A stretch of DNA of 39,829 bases. It comes from Candidatus Rokuibacteriota bacterium. Lineage in GTDB: Bacteria > Methylomirabilota > Methylomirabilia > Rokubacteriales > DASRDR01. Shown piece after piece: positions 25,601 through 35,566 of the stretch (position 1 is its first letter; each line of letters opens with the position of its first letter). The notes beneath the pieces are model-generated. The model was not told the DNA's origin. It worked only from the letters and a program-made list of their open reading frames with translations, and searched no databases. The DNA is taken from contig JBIOTN010000008.1 of the NCBI GenBank assembly GCA_044866005.1, positions 1 through 39,829 of the forward strand, read 5' to 3'. A program made the translations under genes and the position numbers.

Positions 25601-26710
25601 ATGAGCGGGACGTGGCGGTGGGGGCTGCTGCTGGCGTTCGTGGGGGTCACGGGCCCGGGGCTGGTCGCGGCGCAGCCGGCGGGCGTGCCGCCGGGCCGGC
25701 TCTGGGAGGAGGCGGCGCCCGCGGCGGCGGCGCCCGAGCTGGCGCGGTTCAACGAGGCGCTCATCCGGCTGACCGAGCGCCTCCGGCCGGCGCTGGTTCA
25801 GATCCGCGTCCGACGCCCGCCCGGGGATGGTGAGGGCGAAGAGGGATCGCGCCGCTCGCTGGGTTCGGGCTTCCTGGTCCATCCCGACGGTTACGTGGTC
25901 ACGAATGCCCACGTGATCGAGGGCTCCTCGGCCGTGCAGGTCCGGCTCGTCAGTGGCCGGCGGCTCGCCGGCACGGTCGTGGGGCGTGACAGCCGCGTGG
26001 ACCTGGCGCTCGTCAAGGTCGAGACGACGGAGAAGCTGCCGGTCCTGCCGCTGGGCGACTCGGAAGCCGTCCGCGTGGGCGAGCTCGTCCTGGCGCTCGG
26101 CCATCCGTTCGGCCTCGAGCAGTCGGTCTCGCTCGGGATCGTGAGCCGGAAGGGCGCCCCCCTCGTCGCCGCCGCCCCGGGCTTCGACTTCGTCCAGACG
26201 GACGCGGTGGTCAATCCCGGTAACTCCGGCGGCCCGCTCGTCAACATGACGGGGGCCGTGATCGGCGTGAACACGATGGCGGCGCGGAACGGCTCGATCG
26301 GGTTCGCCATCCCGTCGAACCTCGTCAAGGCGCTCCTCCCGGACCTCCTCGCCAAGGGCAAGATCGAGTGGGGGTGGCTGGGCGTACGGATCGACGAGAT
26401 CACCGAGGACAACGTCGCCGAGTACGGACTCGCCGCGCCCCGGGGCGTCGCCATCCAGAGCGTGATCCCGGATCAGCCGGCGTCGCGGGCGGGGCTCAAG
26501 GCCAAGGACGTGGTGCTCTCGATCGACGGCAGCGTCGTGGCCACGCCGCGCGACCTCCAGCGCCTGATCGCGGCGACGCCGGCGGGGCGGACGGTGCGGC
26601 TCCTGTTGCTGCGGGAGGGCCGCGAACAGGAGCTGGCCGTGACCGTCGGGCGCTACCCGGACGCGGAGGAGGAGAAGCCCAAGGCAGCGCCGCCGCCACC
26701 CAAGCCCTGA
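25601..26710 (+). CDS. HtrA/DegS-like serine protease with one PDZ domain
   Basis: 'GSGF', 'TNAHV', 'DLAL', 'QTDAVVNPGNSGGPL', PDZ 'GWLGV'; signal peptide. Confidence 0.93.
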   Translation: MSGTWRWGLLLAFVGVTGPGLVAAQPAGVPPGRLWEEAAPAAAAPELARFNEALIRLTERLRPALVQIRVRRPPGDGEGEEGSRRSLGSGFLVHPDGYVVTNAHVIEGSSAVQVRLVSGRRLAGTVVGRDSRVDLALVKVETTEKLPVLPLGDSEAVRVGELVLALGHPFGLEQSVSLGIVSRKGAPLVAAAPGFDFVQTDAVVNPGNSGGPLVNMTGAVIGVNTMAARNGSIGFAIPSNLVKALLPDLLAKGKIEWGWLGVRIDEITEDNVAEYGLAAPRGVAIQSVIPDQPASRAGLKAKDVVLSIDGSVVATPRDLQRLIAATPAGRTVRLLLLREGREQELAVTVGRYPDAEEEKPKAAPPPPKP

Positions 26711-26752
26711 GGTGGGGGAGGCATGGGAGGGGGCCGTCGAGGCCCCTCCGAG
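26711..26752 (-). repeat. REP-like G/C-run hairpin between convergent genes
   Basis: Minus strand reads TCGGAGGGGCC-TCGAC-GGCCCCCTCCC-ATGCCTCCCCCACC, the same architecture as the 36631 and 38173 copies. Confidence 0.65.
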
Positions 26753-26755
26753 GAT

Positions 26756-27991
26756 CTAGCGGGCGGTGGGCTGGGTGACCGGCGCGGCCGCCGGCGAGGC
26801 GCCGCCGCCGTTCCCGTGGCCGGCCGTGACCGCGCAGGCCTCCGCGGTCGCCGCGTGGAGCGACAGGTCACGGATCGTCGGGTGCTCCCCGCAGAGCGGG
26901 CAGTTCGGGTCCCGCCGCAAGCGCACCTCGCGGAAGCGCATGCCGAGCGCGTCGTAGGTCAGGAGCCGGCCGATCAGGGGCTCGCCCTTCCCGAGCAGGA
27001 GCTTCACGACTTCGGTCGCCTGCACCACCCCGATGAGTCCTGGGAGCACGCCCAGGACGCCGGCCTCGTTTCAGGACGGGACGAGGCCCGCCGGCGGCGG
27101 TACCGGGTAGAGGCACCGGTAGCACGGTCCCCGGCCGGGGGCCAGGACCGTGACCATCCCCTCGAACTGGAAGATGGAGCCGTGGACGTTCGGCTTCCCG
27201 GCGAGGTGGCAGGCGTCGTTGACCAGGTAGCGCGTCGCGAAGTTGTCGGAGCCGTCGACGACCAGGTCGTAGTCCTTGATGATCCGCTCGATGTTGTCCA
27301 CGGTGAGCCGCTCGGCGTAGGGCACCACCGTGACGTCCGGGTTCAGCGCCTGGATCGTGTCGCGTGCGGAGTCGACCTTCGGGCGTCCCACGTCCGCGGT
27401 GCGGTGGAGGATCTGCCGCTGGAGGTTCGACAGGTCCACGGCATCGCCGTCGATGACGCCCAGCGTCCCCACGCCGACCGCCGCGAGATAGATCCCCGTC
27501 GGCGAGCCGAGCCCGCCCGCGCCGATGAGCAGGACCTTGGAGCGGAGCAGCCGCTTCTGGCCGGCCTCGCCGACCTGCGCCAGCATGAAGTGGCGGCTGT
27601 AGCGCTCCATCTGGTCGGGCGCGAGCGGCTGCTCCTTCACCAGGGGGAGCCGGAGCTCTTTCCACCGCCGGATGCCGCCGGCCATCGAGGCGACGTTCTG
27701 GTAGCCGAGGTCGTGCAGGGCCTTCGCCGCGAGGAGGGAGCGCAGCCCCGACAGGCAGTAGAGCACGATGGGCGTCTGCGGGTCGGGGTAGGCGTCCTGG
27801 ACCTTGAACTCGAGGAAGCCCCGGCTGATGTTCACCGCGCCCTCGACGAACCCCTCCCGGTACTCGTCCGGGTCACGGACGTCGATCACCGCGGGCGCGG
27901 CCTCCGCGCCCAGGCGGCGGTGGACGTCCTCGACCGAAACCTCCGGGACGGCGGTCTTGGCGTCGGCGACCAGGTCGCGATAGGTCTTCAT
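26756..27991 (-). CDS. moeB: Rhodanese-MoeB/ThiF (E1-like) fusion, probable selenoprotein (TGA at 27071-27073 read as Sec)
   Basis: ORFs 27071-27991 and 26756-27049 are in one frame. Rhodanese 'LYCLSGLRS', 'RYSRH', 'GAGGLGSP', 'SNLQRQ', 'CYRC..PPPAGLVPS*NEAGVLGVLPG..CPLC'. The TGA sits where the family has Cys. Confidence 0.88.
27037..27058 (-). promoter_or_regulatory. Putative bacterial SECIS hairpin
   Basis: On the mRNA strand, GTCCTGGG-CGTGCT-CCCAGGAC starts 12 nt after the TGA; G at loop position 2. Confidence 0.72.
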
Positions 27992-28163
27992 GGCGTCTCC
28001 TCGGATGCGCCGGACGGCTCCACGCGCGCCGGGCGCGGCCCCAGATTACCACGTATCCCGATCGAGTCAACGGCGTACTCGCCACTTCCGTTGGGGGCCG
28101 CCCGCGCGATGCTATACTGAGCCACTCGGGTGATGCTCCCGTTCGCGCAATCACGGCAAGCAG

Positions 28164-29264
28164 ATGCAGATCGCGATCGATGCGCGGCTCTGGGGCGAGC
28201 CCCGGAGCGGCATCGGCCGGTACACGCGGTCGCTCGTCGAGACGCTGGTCAAGATCGCCCCTGAGGAGCGCTGGGTCCTCTATCTCGACCGGCCGGCTCG
28301 CGAGCTGCCGACCGGTGTCGAGCCGCGGTGCCTGCCGTGGCCGCGGCGCCTCCTCTGGACGCTCTGGGCCGCGCCGCGCGACCTCCGCCGCCGGCCGGTC
28401 GATGTCTTCCATGGCGTGACCGGCTTCGAGCTTCCCCCGGCGGGCGGCGCGGCCCTGGTCACGACGGTCCACGATCTCGTCCCGCTCCGCTTTCCCCACC
28501 TCGTCCCGTGGCGCCACCGATGGGCCGTCCGCCTGCTCCTCGGGGACGCCATCCGGCGGGCCCGGCGGATCGTGACCGTCTCCCGGGCGACACGCGACGA
28601 GCTCCTCGCGCGCTACCCCCGCGCCGGCGGCAAGGTCCACGTCATCCCGGAGGCGCCCGCGCCGCACTTCGCCCCGCCGCCGGCCGCCGAGGTGGCGGCG
28701 ATCCGCGCCCGGTACGGGCTCGACGCGCCCTACGTGCTGTTCGTCGGCCTTCTCGAGCCGAAGAAGAACCTCTCGGGCCTGCTCCAGGCCGTCGCGCGCC
28801 TGGTCGCCGCGGGCGAGTGGGGCGGCGCCCGGCTCGCGCTGGCCGGCACGCCCGGCTGGGGCGCGGTCGATGTCGCGGCGGAGAGCGAGCGCCTCGGCCT
28901 CGGGCGGATCACCCGCCTGCTCGGCGGCGTCCCCGACTCTCATCTGCCCGCGCTCTACGCGGGGGCGCGCCTGTTCGTGTGCCCGTCGCTCTGGGAGGGC
29001 TTCGGGCTGCCCGTGCTCGAGGCCATGGCCGCGGGCGCGCCGGTGGTGGCATCCCGCCGCGGCGCGCTGCCGGAGCTCGCGGACGATGCCGCGCTCCTCA
29101 CCGAGCCCGAGCCGGCACCGCTGGCGGAAGCGCTCGGCCGAGCCCTGGCCGACGCGGGCCTGCGCGCGCGGCTGCGCGAGGCCGGTCTCCGGCGCGCCGC
29201 GACGTTCTCCTGGGAGCGGACCGCCGCCGAAAGCCTGGCGGTGTACCGCGCCGCCGCCGCATGA
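28164..29264 (+). CDS. Glycosyltransferase family 4
   Basis: 'IAIDAR', 'VTTVHDL', 'FVGLLEPKKN', 'PSLWEGFGLPVLEAMA'. Extended -10-like TGCTATACT near 28110. Confidence 0.93.
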   Translation: MQIAIDARLWGEPRSGIGRYTRSLVETLVKIAPEERWVLYLDRPARELPTGVEPRCLPWPRRLLWTLWAAPRDLRRRPVDVFHGVTGFELPPAGGAALVTTVHDLVPLRFPHLVPWRHRWAVRLLLGDAIRRARRIVTVSRATRDELLARYPRAGGKVHVIPEAPAPHFAPPPAAEVAAIRARYGLDAPYVLFVGLLEPKKNLSGLLQAVARLVAAGEWGGARLALAGTPGWGAVDVAAESERLGLGRITRLLGGVPDSHLPALYAGARLFVCPSLWEGFGLPVLEAMAAGAPVVASRRGALPELADDAALLTEPEPAPLAEALGRALADAGLRARLREAGLRRAATFSWERTAAESLAVYRAAAA

Positions 29265-30685
29265 AGCCGGCCGCCGGCACGGCGGAGCGCGTCGCCCGGA
29301 ACGCGCTGCTCAAGGTCGCCGTCCAGGCGACGCGGCTCCTGTCGCTCGCCTTCGTGATCCTGTCCGCGCGTGTCCTCGGCCCGGAGGGGTTCGGCAAGTT
29401 CACCTTCGCCTATGCGCTCGCGACGCTCCTCGGCGCGGCGCTCGACCTCGGGATGCACTCGCTCCTCGTCCGGAGCGTGGCGCGGGCGCGCCAGGACACC
29501 GCCGGGTACTGGGCCGCCGCCGCCACGCTGAAGCTCGCCCTGCTCCTCCCCGCCGCGCTCCTCCTCGTCGCGGTCCCGCTCCTCACCCGCCGCCCGCTCG
29601 ACACGACGCTGGCCGTCGCACTGCTCGGCGCCGCGATCGCCCTCCAGTCCTTCATCGAGCTCGCGGTGGCGGTCTTCACCGGCTTCGAGCGCCTGGAGCT
29701 CGAGCTCGGCCTTCGCGTGGTGGAGAAGCTGCTCCTCTTCGGCGTGGGCGTGGCCGGGCTGGCCCTGGGCGGCCGGCTGCTCCTGGTCGCGGGCGCCTTC
29801 GCGTTCGCGGCGGCCGCTTCGCTCGCGCTCGCGGTCCTGCTGGTGCACCGTCGCCTGGCCCGCCTCGGCTGGCGCTGGGATCCCGTCGGCGCGCGGAGCC
29901 TCGGCCGGGCGCTCGGGCCCGTCGCGGTCGCCTTCATCCTGGCGTTCGCCACGACGCGGCTCCAGCCGCTCCTCGTCGCCTTGCTCGGCGGGGACGTCGC
30001 CGCCGGGTACTTCGGCGCGGCCGTCCGGGTGCTCGACGCGGTCCAGGTGGTGCCCGTCGCGCTCGTGGCCGCGGTCTACCCGGTGCTGGCCCGGACGGCG
30101 TGGGGGGACCCGCGCTTCCGCGAGGCCGTCGTCCGGTCGATCGAGCTGCTCTTCATGCTCGGACTCCTCGTCGCCCTCGGCCTCGCCCATGGCGCCGACT
30201 GGCTCACCGGGTGGGTCTACGGCCCGAGCTACGCCCCCACGGCCCAGCTGCTCGCCATCCTCGGGGCGGCGGCGTGCCTGAGCTTCCTCAACTACTTCCT
30301 GGGGTTCGTCTTCCTCGCCCTGGACCGCCCCGAGCGCCTCCTCGGCGTCGCCGTGGTGAGCCTCGTCGCCAGCGCGGCGCTCACGCCCGGGCTCGTCCTC
30401 GCCTTCGGCGCGGCCGGTGGCGCCGTCGCCCTGGTCCTCGTCGAGGCCATCACGCTGACCGGAAGCCTCGTCGGCGTCTTGCCCTTCCTGCGGCTCCCCG
30501 TGGGGCCGGGGGTCCTGAAGGCGGGCGCGGCCGCGACCGGCGCGACCCTCGTCGCCGCGAGCCTGCCGCCGGGTAGCGGCTGGCGCCTGACGGCCGCGCT
30601 CCTCCTCTATCTGGTCGGGCTCGTCGCGCTGAGGCCCTGGCCGGCGGTCCGCTGGCGGCGGCTCGCGCGGGGAGTGCTGCCCTGA
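29261..30685 (+). CDS. Wzx-like polysaccharide flippase
   Basis: ATGA overlap with the GT4 gene; 'ARVLGPEGFGKF', 'DLG', 'AAGYFGAAVR', many TM helices. Confidence 0.88.
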   Translation: MKPAAGTAERVARNALLKVAVQATRLLSLAFVILSARVLGPEGFGKFTFAYALATLLGAALDLGMHSLLVRSVARARQDTAGYWAAAATLKLALLLPAALLLVAVPLLTRRPLDTTLAVALLGAAIALQSFIELAVAVFTGFERLELELGLRVVEKLLLFGVGVAGLALGGRLLLVAGAFAFAAAASLALAVLLVHRRLARLGWRWDPVGARSLGRALGPVAVAFILAFATTRLQPLLVALLGGDVAAGYFGAAVRVLDAVQVVPVALVAAVYPVLARTAWGDPRFREAVVRSIELLFMLGLLVALGLAHGADWLTGWVYGPSYAPTAQLLAILGAAACLSFLNYFLGFVFLALDRPERLLGVAVVSLVASAALTPGLVLAFGAAGGAVALVLVEAITLTGSLVGVLPFLRLPVGPGVLKAGAAATGATLVAASLPPGSGWRLTAALLLYLVGLVALRPWPAVRWRRLARGVLP

Positions 30686-31926
30686 TGCACGTGGTCCTCG
30701 ACGCGCGATACGTCTCGCGGCGCCAGTCGGGGGTGGGACATTACACCGAGCGGCTCATGAGCGGCCTGGCCGCCATCGATCCGACGAACCGCTATACCTC
30801 GATCGTGTGCCGGGACGGGCCCGGCCCGCCTGCGGGGCCGCCGCACCTCTCGCGCTGGGCGCGATGGAGCACCCGGGTCTCGTTCGACAACCATCTCGTC
30901 GGCGACGCCTGGCTCCTCGGCTACGTCCCGTTCCGGCTCTACCGGCTCCGTGCCGACGTCTACCACGGCCCCGCCGTGTTTCTCCCGCTCGTGAAGCTCG
31001 GCTATCGCACCGTCGCGACGATCCACGATCTCGTGTCGTTCCTCTTCCCGGACACCGTGCCGCGGAAGTACAGCCTCTACATGCGCCTGATGACGCGCCT
31101 GGCGGCGCGCTCCGCGGACCGCATCATCGCGGTCTCCCGGGCGACGAAGGACGACCTCACGCGCGTGCTCGGGACGCCGGACGACAAGGTCGTCGTCATT
31201 CACGAGGCGGTGGCCCCGGAGTTCGCACTGCCGTCCGAGCCGCCGGCGTTGGCGGCGGTGTGCCGCCGGTACGGGATCCGGCCGCCCTACTGCCTGTTCG
31301 TCGGCAACCTGGAGCCGCGAAAGAACCTGGCGGGGCTCATCGACGCCTTCGCGCGGCTGGTGGGTCAGAACGCCTCCCCCACGCCCCAGCTCGTGATCGC
31401 GGGCACGCGGGGCTGGCTGTACAAGGCGATCTTCCGGGCGGTGGAGGCGCGGGGACTGACCGGCGCCGTGGTCTTCACGGGCTACGTTCCGCCGGCCGAC
31501 TTGCCGGCGCTCTACGCGGGCGCCGCGTGCTTCGTCTTTCCCTCCCTCTACGAGGGCTTCGGCCTGCCGGTCCTCGAGGCGATGGCGGCGGGCGTGCCGG
31601 TCGTGGCGGCGCGCGTGGGGGCGATTCCCGAGGTCGCGGGCGAGGCCGCGCTGCTGGTCGACGCGCGCCGGCCGCAGGAGCTCGCCGACGCGATCGGGAC
31701 CGTGCTCGCGGACCGGGCGCTTGCGGCCGAGCTCGTCGCCCGCGGCCGCGCGCGGGCGCGGACGTTCACCTGGGAGGGCGTCGCGCGGCAGACGCTGGCC
31801 GTGTACGAGTCGGTGCACGCGGGGGCGGATCAGCCGATGCGACTCCCAGGTGGGGGGGGCTCGGGGGGAGGACCCACCCCAGGGGCGGGGGGCGGTAGCA
31901 GGACTCCCCCCCCGGCTCGACGATGA
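30685..31926 (+). CDS. Glycosyltransferase family 4 (C-terminus extended through a repeat)
   Basis: 'TIHDL', 'FVGNLEPRKN', 'FPSLYEGFGLPVLEAMA'; Gly/Pro tail encoded by a G/C hairpin repeat. Confidence 0.92.
   Translation: MHVVLDARYVSRRQSGVGHYTERLMSGLAAIDPTNRYTSIVCRDGPGPPAGPPHLSRWARWSTRVSFDNHLVGDAWLLGYVPFRLYRLRADVYHGPAVFLPLVKLGYRTVATIHDLVSFLFPDTVPRKYSLYMRLMTRLAARSADRIIAVSRATKDDLTRVLGTPDDKVVVIHEAVAPEFALPSEPPALAAVCRRYGIRPPYCLFVGNLEPRKNLAGLIDAFARLVGQNASPTPQLVIAGTRGWLYKAIFRAVEARGLTGAVVFTGYVPPADLPALYAGAACFVFPSLYEGFGLPVLEAMAAGVPVVAARVGAIPEVAGEAALLVDARRPQELADAIGTVLADRALAAELVARGRARARTFTWEGVARQTLAVYESVHAGADQPMRLPGGGGSGGGPTPGAGGGSRTPPPARR
31847..31920 (-). repeat. REP-like G/C-run element inside GT4 3' end
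   Basis: Minus strand reads as a G-run/C-run hairpin followed by a C-run ending CCCCACC, sharing its end with the 26711 copy. Confidence 0.55.
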
Positions 31927-33047
31927 AGGTTGCCCTCGACGCGCGGAAGCTCCGCGACTTCGGCATCGGCACCTACATCCGCGGGCTCCTCGGCGCCTTC
32001 GCGGCGCTCGGTCGTCCCGAGGAGCTGATCGCCTACGTGCCGCCAGGGGCAGAGCCCGAGGCCCCGCCCGCGTCCGGCGGCACGATCGCCTACCGCGCGG
32101 AAGGCGCGCGCCCGTACTCGCTCGCCGAGCTCTGGCGTCTGGCGGTCCGCGTCCGTCGCGACCGCGCCGAGCTCTTTCACGCGCCCCACTACGTGTGCCC
32201 GCCGCTCCTGCCGTGCCCCGCGGTCGTGACGATCCACGACCTGATCCACCTCCGCTTCCCCGACCGGCGGCGGCGCCGCGCCGCCCCGCTCTATGCCCGC
32301 GTCATGCTGCGGCTCGCCGTCAAGCGCGCGGCGCGCATCATCACGGTGTCGGAGTCGACGCGGCGCGACCTCGAGACGTGGCTCGGCGCGCCGCCCGAGC
32401 GCATCCGCGTGATCCCGAACGGCGTCGGGCCCGAGTTCCGGCCCCATGCCGGCGGCGCGTCGCTCGATGGCGCCCTCGCCGCGCTCGGCGTGGCGCGCCC
32501 GTATCTGCTCTTCGTCGGCAATCCCCTGCCGCACAAGAACCTGCCGCGCCTGCTCGACGCCTTCGCCGGACTGCCGGCCGAGGTCGGCCGTCTCGTGCTC
32601 GCCGGGATCCCGGCCGGGGCCCGGGCGGCGACGCTGGAGGCCTGCGCGGCGCGGGCGTTGACCGCGCGGGTCGCCGTCGTCGCGCCGCTGCCGGGCGCGG
32701 TGATGCCGCTTCTCTATCAGGGCGCCACCGCGCTCGCCTGCCCCTCGCTCTGGGAAGGCTTCGGATTGCCCGCGCTGGAGGCGATGGCGTGCGGCACGCC
32801 CGTCCTGGCCGGCGACCGCGGTGGTCTCCCCGAGGTGGTCGATGGCGCCGGCCTGCTCGTCGACCCCACGAACGTTGACGCGTTACGCGAGGGTTTGTAT
32901 AATCTGGCGGCTCACGAATCGGTGCGCGCGGCGCTTCGGGCCGCCGGCTTGGCCCGAGCCCGCGCGTTTTCATGGCGGCAGGCCGCGGAGGCCACGCTCG
33001 CCACCTACCGGGAGGCCTTGGCACGAGACCCCAGGAGCCGAGGGTAA
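31923..33047 (+). CDS. Glycosyltransferase family 4
   Basis: 'VALDARKLRDFGIGTY', 'VTIHDLIH', 'PHKN', 'PSLWEGFGLPALEAMACG'. Confidence 0.93.
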   Translation: MKVALDARKLRDFGIGTYIRGLLGAFAALGRPEELIAYVPPGAEPEAPPASGGTIAYRAEGARPYSLAELWRLAVRVRRDRAELFHAPHYVCPPLLPCPAVVTIHDLIHLRFPDRRRRRAAPLYARVMLRLAVKRAARIITVSESTRRDLETWLGAPPERIRVIPNGVGPEFRPHAGGASLDGALAALGVARPYLLFVGNPLPHKNLPRLLDAFAGLPAEVGRLVLAGIPAGARAATLEACAARALTARVAVVAPLPGAVMPLLYQGATALACPSLWEGFGLPALEAMACGTPVLAGDRGGLPEVVDGAGLLVDPTNVDALREGLYNLAAHESVRAALRAAGLARARAFSWRQAAEATLATYREALARDPRSRG

Positions 33048-33050
33048 CCG

Positions 33051-34157
33051 ATGCGGGTCGCGCTGGTCCATGACTGGCTGACCGGCATGCGGGGCGGCGA
33101 GCGGGTGCTGGAGGCCCTCGTCGCTCTCTACCCCACCGCGACCATCCACACGCTGGTCCACGTCCCCGGGAGCGTCTCGCGGCACATCGAAGGGCGGCCC
33201 ATCCGGACCTCCTTCGTCCAGCGCCTCCCGGGCGCGCCGGCCCGCTTCCGCCACTACCTGCCGCTCTTCCCGCTCGCCGCCGCGCGGCTTCGCCTGACGG
33301 GCTACGACCTGGTCCTCTCGACGAGCCACTGCGCGGCGCTCGGCGTGCGACCGCCGCGGGCCACGTGCCACGTCGGCTACTGCTTCACGCCGATGCGGTA
33401 CGCCTGGCGCTTCGAGGGGGATTACGTGGATCGCGTACCGCGGGCGGCCCGCCCGCTCGCCCGCCTCGCCCTGGCCGCGCTCCGCCGGTGGGATCGGGCG
33501 GCGGGCCGGCGTGTGGGCCATCTGGCGTGCATCTCGCGCCACGTGGCCGACCGGATCCGCGAGGCCTACGGCCGGGAGGCGCGCGTCATCTATCCCCCGG
33601 TCCGGACCGACCTCTTCCGGCCGGACGGCCCGCCGGGGGGCACGTTCCTCTGCGTGTCGGCGCTCGCCCCGTACAAGCGGCTCGACGTCGCGGTCGACGC
33701 CTTCACGCGGCTTCACTGGCCGCTCACCGTGATCGGTGCGGGCCCCGAGGAGGCGCGGCTCCGTCGCCGCGCGGGCCCCACGGTCCGGTTCCTGGGCTGG
33801 CAGGACGACGAGGCGCTCCGGACGGCGTACGCGCGCTGCCGCGCCTTCGTCTTCCCGGCCGAGGAGGAGTTCGGCCTCGCCCCTCTCGAGGCGATGGCCG
33901 CGGGGCGCCCGGTGATCGCCTTCGGCCGCGGCGCCCTCACGGAGACGTGCGTCGAGGGCGTGACCGGCCTCTTTTTCCAGGAGCAGACCGCGGACGCGCT
34001 GATCGACGCGCTCAGGCGCTTTGAGCTGTCCGACTGGAATCCCGAGAAGATCCGGGCCCACGCCCTGCGCTTCGACGAGCGTCGGTTCAGGACGGAGATG
34101 ACCGCCTTCGTGGATGACTGTCTGGCCGCGGCGCGAGCAGAGGCCCCGACGTGCTGA
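33051..34157 (+). CDS. Glycosyltransferase family 4 (WbaZ-like)
   Basis: 'VALVHDWLTGMRGGERV', 'YCFTPMRYAW', 'VIYPPV', 'EEFGLAPLEAMAAGRPVIA'. Confidence 0.93.
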   Translation: MRVALVHDWLTGMRGGERVLEALVALYPTATIHTLVHVPGSVSRHIEGRPIRTSFVQRLPGAPARFRHYLPLFPLAAARLRLTGYDLVLSTSHCAALGVRPPRATCHVGYCFTPMRYAWRFEGDYVDRVPRAARPLARLALAALRRWDRAAGRRVGHLACISRHVADRIREAYGREARVIYPPVRTDLFRPDGPPGGTFLCVSALAPYKRLDVAVDAFTRLHWPLTVIGAGPEEARLRRRAGPTVRFLGWQDDEALRTAYARCRAFVFPAEEEFGLAPLEAMAAGRPVIAFGRGALTETCVEGVTGLFFQEQTADALIDALRRFELSDWNPEKIRAHALRFDERRFRTEMTAFVDDCLAAARAEAPTC

Positions 34158-35551
34158 AGGAGCGGCGACTCTGGCTCGTGCTCGCGCTGGTCGCGGGCGA
34201 CGCCGCGGCCGTGACGCTGGCCCTCCTGGCGGCCTACGTCATGCGATTCTGGGCCGGGTTCATCCCGGCGCCCCTCGGCGTCCCGCCCATCGAGCCCTAC
34301 CTGGCCCTGCTGCTGCCCCTCCTGCCGCTCCACGCGCTCGCCCTGCGCGTCGTGGGGCTCTACGAGTACCGGCACGAGCGGACCAAGGCGGACGAGGCGT
34401 TTCTCGTCGTCCAGGGCGTGAGCCTCGCCACCCTGTTCCTGGTCGCCTCCACCTTCTTCATCCGGAACTTCTCCTACTCGCGGCTCGCGATCGTGCTGTT
34501 CTGGGGCCTCGACGTGGTCTCCGTGTACGCGTTGCGCCTCCTGATCCGCGAGGTGGTGCGGGGGCTGAGGCGCCACGGGCGGTTCGTGCGCCGGGCGCTG
34601 GTGGTCGGGGCGGGTCCGCTCGGTCAGGAGGTCGTCCGTCGCCTCCGCGGCCATCCCGAGTTCGGTGTGCGGGTGGTCGGCTACCTCGACGATCAGGCCC
34701 CGGCGGGCGAGCGTGTCGAGGGCAAGGAGATCCTGGGGGGTCACGAAGCGGTGACCCGCGTCCTCACCGACTACGCGGTCGACCAGATCTTCGTCGCCCT
34801 GCCGCGGGAAGCGCACCACGAGATGCTGAAGATCCTCAACGCGATCGAGGGCGAGCTGGTGGACGTGCGCATCGTCCCGGACATCCTGCAGTTCGTCACC
34901 CTGCGGGCGACCGTGGAGGAGCTCGAGGGCTTGCCCGTGATCAGCCTGGCGCAGTCGCCGATCATGGGCTGGAGCCGGATCGCCAAGCGGGCGGTGGACC
35001 TGACGCTGTCGGCGATGGGGCTGGTCGTGCTCGCGCCGGTCATGGGGGTGATCGCGCTCGCCATCCGGCTCAGCTCGCCGGGGCCGGTGCTCTACCAGCA
35101 GGAGCGGATGGGCCTCGACGGCCGGTCGTTCGCGATGTACAAGTTCCGCTCCATGTGCGTGGACGCCGAGGCGGAGAGCGGGCCGGTGTGGGCCGCGGAG
35201 AGCGACGCGCGCCGGACGCCGCTGGGCCGCCTGCTGCGCCGCTTCTCCCTCGACGAGCTGCCGCAGCTCTGGAACGTCTTCAAGGGTGACATGAGCCTGG
35301 TCGGGCCACGCCCCGAGCGGCCGTTCTTCGTCCAGCAGTTCAAGACGCTGATCCCCCAGTACATGCTGCGGCACAAGGTCAAGTCCGGCATGACCGGCTG
35401 GGCGCAGGTGAACGGCCTCCGGGGCAACACGTCGCTGGAGAAGCGGATCGAGTACGATCTCTACTACATCCAGAACTGGTCCGTCGCGCTGGACGTGAAG
35501 ATCCTGCTCCTCACCCTGTACCGGGCCTGGCAGCATCGCCGTGCCCACTGA
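34151..35551 (+). CDS. Undecaprenyl-phosphate hexose-1-phosphate transferase (WcaJ/WbaP family)
   Basis: N-terminal TMs and CoA-binding-like domain; 'KRAVD', 'YKFRSM', 'SLDELPQLWNV.KGDMSLVGPRPE', 'TGWAQVNG', 'DLYYIQNWS'. Confidence 0.93.
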   Translation: MLKERRLWLVLALVAGDAAAVTLALLAAYVMRFWAGFIPAPLGVPPIEPYLALLLPLLPLHALALRVVGLYEYRHERTKADEAFLVVQGVSLATLFLVASTFFIRNFSYSRLAIVLFWGLDVVSVYALRLLIREVVRGLRRHGRFVRRALVVGAGPLGQEVVRRLRGHPEFGVRVVGYLDDQAPAGERVEGKEILGGHEAVTRVLTDYAVDQIFVALPREAHHEMLKILNAIEGELVDVRIVPDILQFVTLRATVEELEGLPVISLAQSPIMGWSRIAKRAVDLTLSAMGLVVLAPVMGVIALAIRLSSPGPVLYQQERMGLDGRSFAMYKFRSMCVDAEAESGPVWAAESDARRTPLGRLLRRFSLDELPQLWNVFKGDMSLVGPRPERPFFVQQFKTLIPQYMLRHKVKSGMTGWAQVNGLRGNTSLEKRIEYDLYYIQNWSVALDVKILLLTLYRAWQHRRAH

Positions 35552-35566
35552 GCGCCGGGGAACGTC

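Noticed and set aside
27071..27073. moeB as a nonsense pseudogene or two separate genes
   Set aside because: The stop falls exactly on the conserved Cys codon, both halves are intact and a SECIS-like hairpin follows. Sec is the more economical reading, though unproven.
28328..29260. Long N-terminus on the flippase ORF
   Set aside because: Shadow frame over the GT4 gene; real start is ATG 29261.
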